Assembly (NCBI GenBank): GCA_002428205.1
Contig: DIUH01000038.1
Location: 25,117 to 60,202 of the forward strand
Length of the DNA: 35,086 nt
DNA from: Planctomycetaceae bacterium UBA6163
GTDB lineage: Bacteria; Planctomycetota; Planctomycetia; Pirellulales; Pirellulaceae
Reading direction: 5' to 3'
A model generated the notes under the pieces. The model ran no database searches and was not told the DNA's origin. It saw nothing but the letters and a program-made list of their open reading frames with translations. The position numbers and the translations under genes were made by a program. Shown one piece after another: positions 29,132 to 35,086 of this stretch (its first letter is position 1; each line of letters begins with the position of its first letter).

Positions 29132-29158
29132 AAAAAACCCCGATAAAATCGGGTTTTT
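29132..29158. terminator. Bidirectional intrinsic-terminator-like hairpin
   Basis: AAAAAACCCCGAT-AAA-ATCGGGTTTTT: a 6-bp CCCGAT/ATCGGG stem extended by A/T pairing, flanked by an A-run and a T-run. It is immediately followed by a second hairpin, GGCAAC-N8-GTTGCC (29163-29182). Confidence 0.4.
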
Positions 29159-29418
29159 AATGGGCAACCTCAAGTAGTTGCCGTTCGCTTAGTACCCCGC
29201 TAGGACTCGAAAGAGTGCCCGAAACACGGGAAAAACGGGGTCCGACGATTTGCACCCCCGCCGGTTACCCCATCGGTGGCCATCTTAGAATCGGAGGCCT
29301 AGGAACTGTTGGCGATTTGGAGCCAGCTAGATGATCGTGGTCGTGCTGACTTGATGGCTGTTGCTCGCGGTCTTTTGGGTAGCGTGGCACCAAACCTGAA
29401 AAACTGATGCCCTGGGAT

Positions 29419-29484
29419 TGTGCGCAAAATACGCAATATCCGGTTCTCACATTGGGTACCAGAGTTTCGCGTATTTTGCGCACA
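29419..29484. repeat. Perfect 16-bp inverted repeat with 34-nt spacer
   Basis: TGTGCGCAAAATACGC (29419-29434) and GCGTATTTTGCGCACA (29469-29484) are exact reverse complements. Confidence 0.85.
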
Positions 29485-29926
29485 CATCCGCACGAGTGGG
29501 AAAACGGCACCGATCATGAATTGCCATCGGTGCGGTGTCCGTGATCGTGACGCCACAGCAAGTGAGAGCGATTTTGCTCGGTGCGTTAACCATCGCTTGC
29601 GTCGTTGCCGATAAGCGGATGCCCAGTTCAATGTTGTCTGGAATGTGGGCAGCGGTCCTGGCGTTCGATTGCCAAACGTGGAACGTGCGACTGCTCTGCC
29701 AATCGCTTCCCGCAGTCGCAACTCCAGAGATTGATGATCGGTCATCACGTCGGTGGGCCGCTTGCCTGACGTTGTTGCTGGTTAGTGGTTCAAGTCCGCC
29801 GTTGCCTGGAGCGTTTGCGATTCGCAAGATCCGTTGTTTGGTGATCAGACTTTCGGCCACAAATCGTAAGTCGCTCGATGTTACCGACACGGCAGCGAAT
29901 GACTCGATCAACAGAAAAATCCAGTT

Positions 29927-30655
29927 TCAGCTGGGGCAAAAGACCAAGTCGTCCCACGATCGTGGGTTTCGCTGCTCCTGACCGATCCAGTTCACCAAGG
30001 CGGTGGTGAAAATCGATCCGGGCGAACCGGGCAGGTCCTCTTCATACGGTGCAAAGAACGCGCTTTCACCGGGACTGGAAATGGTAACATCGACAACTCC
30101 GTTTGTATCCAAAAACAGACGCTTGAAAACCGGCGTCGGCAGAGACGGGCTGGTCACTTCGACATAGGGTGGCGCATACAGGTAACCATCGCTGCGCGTG
30201 TTACAGCAGTCCGTAATCAATGCGACCAGGCGAGCACGCCTAGCCGTCAATGCCGCCAATAGATCTTATCGGTCGCCAGCGCCAGATAATGCCCCCGTCA
30301 TCGACCGAACCGTGGCCGGTAAAATAAAACAGTATCGCATCTTCGGGCCGCACCGTCAGTTCATTGACCGTTGCCAGCACGTTCGCTGGTGAACTGTATT
30401 CATCTTCGCTGATTTCAAAGCGCACCAGATTGACCTGCCGCTTGGGCATGTTTTTGGCGATCGCTATCGAGACCAGTGTCAGGTCCATTGCGACTGCGGA
30501 GGTGTACTTACCCATACCGCTGACGGAGACACATCGCCTACTACAACTGCGTGCAACACCTGAGCAGATGCATCCCCGCTGGTCCACGACGCTAGACGGG
30601 CGAATAGCAACAAGCAAACGATCGCCCCATAAGCCTTACGACTGTTCATGTTCAT
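29927..30655 (-). pseudogene. Caspase-like (peptidase C14) gene disrupted by two frameshifts and one in-frame stop
   Basis: The signal peptide and LHAVVVGD lie in one frame (30479-30655). ILFYFTGHGS (catalytic His motif) lies in a second frame (30240-30617). VALITDCCNT (catalytic Cys motif) lies in a third frame (29927-30259), which carries a TAA just upstream (..GAGDR*DLLAALTARRARLVALITDCC). Confidence 0.6.
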
Positions 30656-30827
30656 CCACACTTTCTTCGGCGTTTTATTCACCGACAAGGATTGCATTAT
30701 ACCGCAGATCGCTTGCCGGTAGATACTCGCTGATAAAGTGTTTTACGATGGGTTCACAAAATCAATAGTAAAGGTTCCCGATTCGCCGCCTGCTGTGCTG
30801 ACATGCCGCAGGCGGCACCTCCAGCGC

Positions 30828-32528
30828 CTATAGGTTTTTGCGCAAGTACTTTAACGACTCGGCGATGCCCTGGTCGTCAGGATCAAGTTGTGCCGCGCGT
30901 TTCACCGCCGCGACGCCTTGTTCGATATTGCCGGTGCCGACCAAAGCCAGCCCATAGCGGAACGTCGTTTGGGCGTCATCGGGGTAGGCGTTTCGCGCGA
31001 TCGTTGCCGATGGCAAAGCGTCGGCGAACCGTTTCAGTTCCAGCAAAGATTGGCAAATAATGTCGTGGGTTTCTGCGTTTTCCGGGTCAAGCGTGATTGA
31101 CGCTTCCAGGGCATTAACCGCTTCATCATACCGACCCAGGTTATGCAAAGCCCACCCGGCATAACAAAACAGTTCGGCGTCTTTTGTATAAGATTCGACA
31201 ATCGACTCGAGCGTCGCGAGCCCTTGTTCAAATTGCTCTTGATCGATCTGAGTAAACGCAATTCCGCGGATCGCATCCTGGTAATCCGGATCGATCTTAA
31301 GTGCCGCTTCAAAATCCTTTCTTGCTTGGACATACAGTTCCAACTGTCGCTGCACGTTCCCGCGCGATACCAGATACTCAGGATCCTCAGCGTCATTGCG
31401 AATTGCATTGGTAAAGTGCTTCTTGGCCTCCTCCAGGTCGCCACGCTGCCAGGCGACATGGCCCAAGCCGTCATGTGCTCGAGCAAAATTCGGATCGATT
31501 TTCACAGCTTCCGAGAAATCGGCTTCGGCCGAACCGTCATCCTCTAGATCGAATCGGCACCAACCGCGCAGCGTCAACAGTTCAGACGATCCGGCGTCAA
31601 GCTTAGTGGCCTTGGTCGCCAAGTTCAAAGCGATTCCCGGGCGGCCTTCACTTAAGTGGCGATTGGCGGCCAATTGTAGGTCTGCTACGGTTTTCGGATC
31701 GACGCATCGAAGCGCTTGGTCCAAATACTCGACCAACGATTGCAGGTCAATGTAGATACTGACCAATCGCGCGTCGGTGCTGTGGCCTTCGACCACGGCG
31801 ACCACCTTCCCATCATCATCACAAACGGGCCCGCCACTGTTGCCTTGATTGGTCGCCATATCCGATTCCAACAGCATCGCTTCGAAATCATTGGCCATTA
31901 GGCCGCGGACAATCTGACGGACGTGGCCGGTCGAATAGATCCACAAACTTTGTGAACCGACAGTGCTGCCCGCTAGCGAATGAATCCGCTGGCCGGGCGT
32001 CGCACTTTGTTCGGCCAATTCAAGCTCAAGAGCATCTTGGGGAAGCGGACGTTCGAGTTGCAGTAAAGCCAAGTCGAGCGTTTGATCGCTATCGACAACG
32101 CGCGCCTTAAATGCACGCGACGGATCGAGCGACGTTAACGGATCAGTATTCAGTCGCCCATCGATAAACTCGGGGAAGAAGATTTCACAGGTTTCCGCAC
32201 CTTCGATCACATGATGATTCGTGACCACCAATCTATTTTCGGCGTCCACGATCCAACCCGTCCCACGACACGCTGAATCGTCGACCGTGTGCTCGATCAA
32301 CACGACGCTTTGCAACATCCGCTTATAAGTCGGATTGCCGATTTCTTGCGTTACAGGAGTGCTTGCAGTCGCTGGCTGCTGCGTCAGACGACGTTTCTGT
32401 ATTTTTTCGGCTAACGAACTCTTCTTTTCTTGTTCCTCCGCATACGTTTGGGACTTCGTCAAGCCGAACGTGTTCGAGTAGGCAGTGATCAACAGGACGC
32501 AGCCAACAGAACGAAAGAATGGTCGCAT
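30828..32528 (-). CDS. Exported trypsin-like (S1/PA clan) serine protease fused to C-terminal TPR repeats
   Basis: Start at ATG 32528 gives the signal-like MRPFFRSVGCVLLITAYS. Triad motifs are VVTNHHVI, LDLALLQL and GNSGGPV. About 7 TPR units follow (e.g. AEADFSEAVKIDPNFARAHDGLG, ARKDFEAALKIDPDYQDA, AVNALEASITLDPENAET). Confidence 0.85.
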   Translation of the reverse strand: MRPFFRSVGCVLLITAYSNTFGLTKSQTYAEEQEKKSSLAEKIQKRRLTQQPATASTPVTQEIGNPTYKRMLQSVVLIEHTVDDSACRGTGWIVDAENRLVVTNHHVIEGAETCEIFFPEFIDGRLNTDPLTSLDPSRAFKARVVDSDQTLDLALLQLERPLPQDALELELAEQSATPGQRIHSLAGSTVGSQSLWIYSTGHVRQIVRGLMANDFEAMLLESDMATNQGNSGGPVCDDDGKVVAVVEGHSTDARLVSIYIDLQSLVEYLDQALRCVDPKTVADLQLAANRHLSEGRPGIALNLATKATKLDAGSSELLTLRGWCRFDLEDDGSAEADFSEAVKIDPNFARAHDGLGHVAWQRGDLEEAKKHFTNAIRNDAEDPEYLVSRGNVQRQLELYVQARKDFEAALKIDPDYQDAIRGIAFTQIDQEQFEQGLATLESIVESYTKDAELFCYAGWALHNLGRYDEAVNALEASITLDPENAETHDIICQSLLELKRFADALPSATIARNAYPDDAQTTFRYGLALVGTGNIEQGVAAVKRAAQLDPDDQGIAESLKYLRKNL

Positions 32529-32809
32529 GGCAAAGTCGGTTTGGAGGGGTAGAGCGAGGCTTGTCGCAGATGCGGATTCGGCGACGCGTCGGAACTCTAA
32601 CCCACAAACCAAAGCCAGAACTAAGGGCTGCGTAAAGTTTGCGGCCAGTTGCCAGGCAGATGTTCCGCCTAAGCCGGATTTACCGTGCACAGCCTACCCG
32701 AACGTGGGAAGAGGAATGGCCAAACGACGATGTCAGGCACCCTAACTTTGTCTCCACGCCGAACGCCTGCTGAGCAGCGCACAAACCCGTGGGGTAGGCG
32801 AGGCTCCGT

Positions 32810-33322
32810 TTAGTCTCTAACGATTCGCAACCGCACAGCTAGATCGTCTCCATGGTGATTGGTAAATCTTCCGCTGTACGCGGGCGGATTGTTCGTGATG
32901 CGAACAAATTGATAGGTGCCGTTGGCACGCGGCAAATCCGAGCGAGTGATTTCTACTTTGGCACGATAGCCGCTTTCGGTATAAGTGCCTAACTCCTTTT
33001 TGCTATGAAAAATCTTCCCGTCTAGAGCCAAGAACTTTTGGATTGTTATCAACGTGCCGTCGGGACGAAATGCCGATATTTCCCAGATGATCCCGTTGAT
33101 TTCCCCCTCGGGTGGATTTGGCTCGCCAGGCGGCACGGTTCCTTTAAGCGACGCGATTTCCTTACGAAGCGCGTCGCGTTCTGTTCTGACGGCAGCGATC
33201 TCCTTCCTTAACTCAGCGATCTCTGCTTTTATTGCGGACAACTCATCTTGCCCACAAGCTGAACTGGTGACGCTTGCGCAGATAGTCAGCGTAAGAATGA
33301 CACAAAAATTAAGATGACGCAC
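32810..33322 (-). CDS. Exported coiled-coil protein (hypothetical)
   Basis: Signal peptide MRHLNFCVILTLTICASVTSSACG. A heptad-like coiled coil follows (ELSAIKAEIAELRKEIAAVRTERDALRKEIASLK), then a ~100-aa beta-rich domain. It lies 45 bp downstream of the FGE-fold gene. Confidence 0.6.
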   Translation of the reverse strand: MRHLNFCVILTLTICASVTSSACGQDELSAIKAEIAELRKEIAAVRTERDALRKEIASLKGTVPPGEPNPPEGEINGIIWEISAFRPDGTLITIQKFLALDGKIFHSKKELGTYTESGYRAKVEITRSDLPRANGTYQFVRITNNPPAYSGRFTNHHGDDLAVRLRIVRD

Positions 33323-33367
33323 TTTATTGGATTCCTTGGTACTACTAAAGGGAAGAGGCGAAAAAAA

Positions 33368-35086
33368 TCAGTCACCCCGCGACTCAGACCAGACGACGCT
33401 GTAACGAACTTCGTTATCTTTCAATGCCGATGCGATCTGCGTCGGCAACATCCCCTGGCCACGGAGCTGTTCGCGGCGCGATTGAAAATCGGCTTCGCTG
33501 AGATCCGCGTCATACTGCCATTTGATTCGATGCGGATTGTCGCGAAAAACAACAGCAAATCGTTGTGTGTCGAAGCCGATGTGCTGCATCAAGCGGATCG
33601 GGCGCCAGGCACGCGAGCGATACTCGTCCATCTGTCTGACGAGTTCTTCGTGGTCGACATCCGGCAAATAGCGGACTTCAGCTCCGGGGATCGGCACCTT
33701 GGTGAGCGTCCAGGTAGGACCATCGGCAGTATTGATCGCGAAGATCGATCCAGGCGAAAAACCTTCGATTCCTAACTCCCCAGCTTTTTCCATAATAAAG
33801 TCGAGCGGGCCAAACCAGGTTTGCCAAAATGGGATGTCAACCACCCATAAGAAAACTGTTTTAAAATCGGTTTCTGATTCGGTCGCTATTGGCATTCGCC
33901 AGGCCGGCCGGTGGTTTAACGCCAACATTGTTTCAAAGTCTGCCGACGCATCTTCCACGCAATGAAGTTGCCATGAAGACTTTGCTTCATTGACAATCGC
34001 GATCGCATCGACAAGCGAAGGTTGGGTGCCATAACGCGGATTCATTGCGACCGGGATATGGCCTTGGCCAAGTTCATCGACCCACTGCAGCAATTGTTGA
34101 TGCGTTGCACCCAATAAGAGTTTGACCTCCGACGGGATCGGTTCGGCTACCGCACGCCGCACAGTGACGGGGATCGCGATCCGGAATCCGGTGGAGTAAT
34201 TGGTTGGCAGCTCGGGTGCCGCAGCAAATCGTCCGGTCGCCCTACTGTCGGCGGGCCCATAAAAGAAATCGCCGCCGCGGGTAACCCGATAACCTTGACT
34301 GCGCGGTCCGCGTGGATCGACCGCTATCCCTGTTGATGATTCGGTATAGCCATCCTGCGACCAAACATCTTGCACCCATTCATTGACGTTGCCATGCATA
34401 TCGAAAATACCGAAACCGTTTGCACCGAGTGAACCGACCGGTATCGGCCTGCCGATTCGGCCGGAGATGTTGGCGATTGCGACCAATGCATGTTCATCGG
34501 TCCCGGTGGCAAACGGACCTTCGCTGCCGGCCAAACATGCAAACTCCCACTCCGCTTCAGTCGGCAGACGGTAACCGGTCGCGATCTCGGCAACCGTTGG
34601 AATGCCGTTGATGATCTCATAAGCGGGACTAAGATCTTCGCGCCGTGAAAGTTTTCGACAGAAGTTTGCCGCATCCAGCCAAGACACGGCTTCTACAGGC
34701 AAAACACCCGTATCTTCGGGCAGGTCCGCGTTTGCCGCGTCGGGATTGGAATGCTGGCACCACGACGGATTCCGGTTCATCACCTGGGTGTACTGTCGCT
34801 GGTTGATCTCATGAACTGAAAGGTAGTAGGGTTGTGTGATCACGACGCGATGTCGAGGGGCTTCACTCTTTAGACAGTTCAAGGAATGTTGGCCATCAGT
34901 GATGTTTGGTATTAATCTTTCGATCTCCTCCGCAGTGGAACCCATCATGAACTCGCCGGGCGGAATTAGGCGAAATCTTATACCCAGCGGGTGTTTCCAT
35001 TCGACCGGAATCATCAAATAATCCGCCCAGGCTTGGGCGTGCTGTGCGGCCTGCTGGGGCGAAAACGGGATCGTCGCTAGTGGCGG
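33368..35086 (-). CDS. FGE-sulfatase (SUMF1-fold) domain protein with C-terminal tandem repeats; 5' end outside the window
   Basis: The frame stays open to the window edge (..PFSPQQAAQHAQAWADYLMIPVEWKHPLGIRFRLIPPGEFMMGS, a typical pre-FGE linker), so the true start is upstream of 35086. FGE motifs are RLPTEAEWEFA, NGFGIFDMHGNVNEWV, RVTRGG and GFRIA. The C-terminal 260 aa are degenerate repeats. Confidence 0.85.
   Translation of the reverse strand, partial: PPLATIPFSPQQAAQHAQAWADYLMIPVEWKHPLGIRFRLIPPGEFMMGSTAEEIERLIPNITDGQHSLNCLKSEAPRHRVVITQPYYLSVHEINQRQYTQVMNRNPSWCQHSNPDAANADLPEDTGVLPVEAVSWLDAANFCRKLSRREDLSPAYEIINGIPTVAEIATGYRLPTEAEWEFACLAGSEGPFATGTDEHALVAIANISGRIGRPIPVGSLGANGFGIFDMHGNVNEWVQDVWSQDGYTESSTGIAVDPRGPRSQGYRVTRGGDFFYGPADSRATGRFAAAPELPTNYSTGFRIAIPVTVRRAVAEPIPSEVKLLLGATHQQLLQWVDELGQGHIPVAMNPRYGTQPSLVDAIAIVNEAKSSWQLHCVEDASADFETMLALNHRPAWRMPIATESETDFKTVFLWVVDIPFWQTWFGPLDFIMEKAGELGIEGFSPGSIFAINTADGPTWTLTKVPIPGAEVRYLPDVDHEELVRQMDEYRSRAWRPIRLMQHIGFDTQRFAVVFRDNPHRIKWQYDADLSEADFQSRREQLRGQGMLPTQIASALKDNEVRYSVVWSESRGD

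Noticed and set aside
28690-29300. Possible RNase P RNA, tmRNA or SRP RNA in the structured intergenic region
   Set aside because: None of the universal motifs I know are present on either strand (GGAAAGTCCGGGC and ACAGAACCCGGCTTA for RNase P; a tRNA-like 3' end with CCA context and a tag ORF for tmRNA; the GGAA/AGCA SRP domain IV loop).
29385-29400. TGGCAC-N5-CTGAA, a sigma-54-like -24 element
   Set aside because: The -12 element does not match TTGC. It is on the plus strand, pointing away from the che operon, with no downstream gene.
29787-29797. GGTTCAAGTCC, a tRNA T-loop-like string
   Set aside because: The flanking sequence gives only a weak 4-bp T-stem. No complementary acceptor arm (AGGCAAC) lies about 70 nt upstream and there are no D-arm or anticodon-arm pairings. 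Not a tRNA.
29299-29981. Three mutually overlapping 148-154-aa ORFs (29299-29748 -, 29447-29911 -, 29535-29981 +)
   Set aside because: They exclude one another, are Arg/Ser/Cys-rich without motifs, and span the 16-bp inverted repeat. The region is treated as non-coding or decayed sequence rather than genes.
1-35086. CRISPR arrays, rRNA genes, intact IS elements, integrases or prophage genes
   Set aside because: No regularly spaced direct repeats, no rRNA-like conserved stretches and no transposase, integrase or phage hallmark ORFs were found. The only hint of mobile DNA is the weak wHTH-like reading at 20059-20265 and the short palindromic repeats.

Overview
The window reads like a chromosomal segment from a Planctomycetota (Pirellulales-like) genome. 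This is inferred from gene content: two Pirellula/Verrucomicrobium-type heme-binding CxxCH proteins, DUF1570, DUF4058, a Cys-type sulfatase, a LamG-sialidase and FGE-fold fusion proteins. All family names come from motif recognition by eye, because no database search was possible.

Three parts stand out.

(1) 19.9-28.5 kb, minus strand: a tightly coupled chemosensory operon, cheW - soluble PAS-MCP - cheR - cheA - cheD - cheB - REC-PP2C phosphatase - small orphan ORF. It has no CheY and no motility genes. Five consecutive junctions are 4-nt start/stop overlaps. The predicted output is protein dephosphorylation, and its target is not identifiable in the window.

(2) 29.9-35.1 kb, minus strand: a run of predicted exported proteins. 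These are an FGE-fold protein lacking both catalytic cysteines and fused to degenerate tandem repeats, a coiled-coil protein, a trypsin-like protease with TPR repeats, and a frameshifted caspase-like (C14) pseudogene.

(3) 11.1-12.5 kb: a SelA-like gene in which the PLP-binding lysine is replaced by glycine.

The window also contains palindromic REP-like elements placed exactly at gene 3' ends, a 1.4-kb hairpin-rich non-coding region upstream of cheW, and two decayed genes. No rRNA, tRNA, CRISPR array or intact mobile element was seen.
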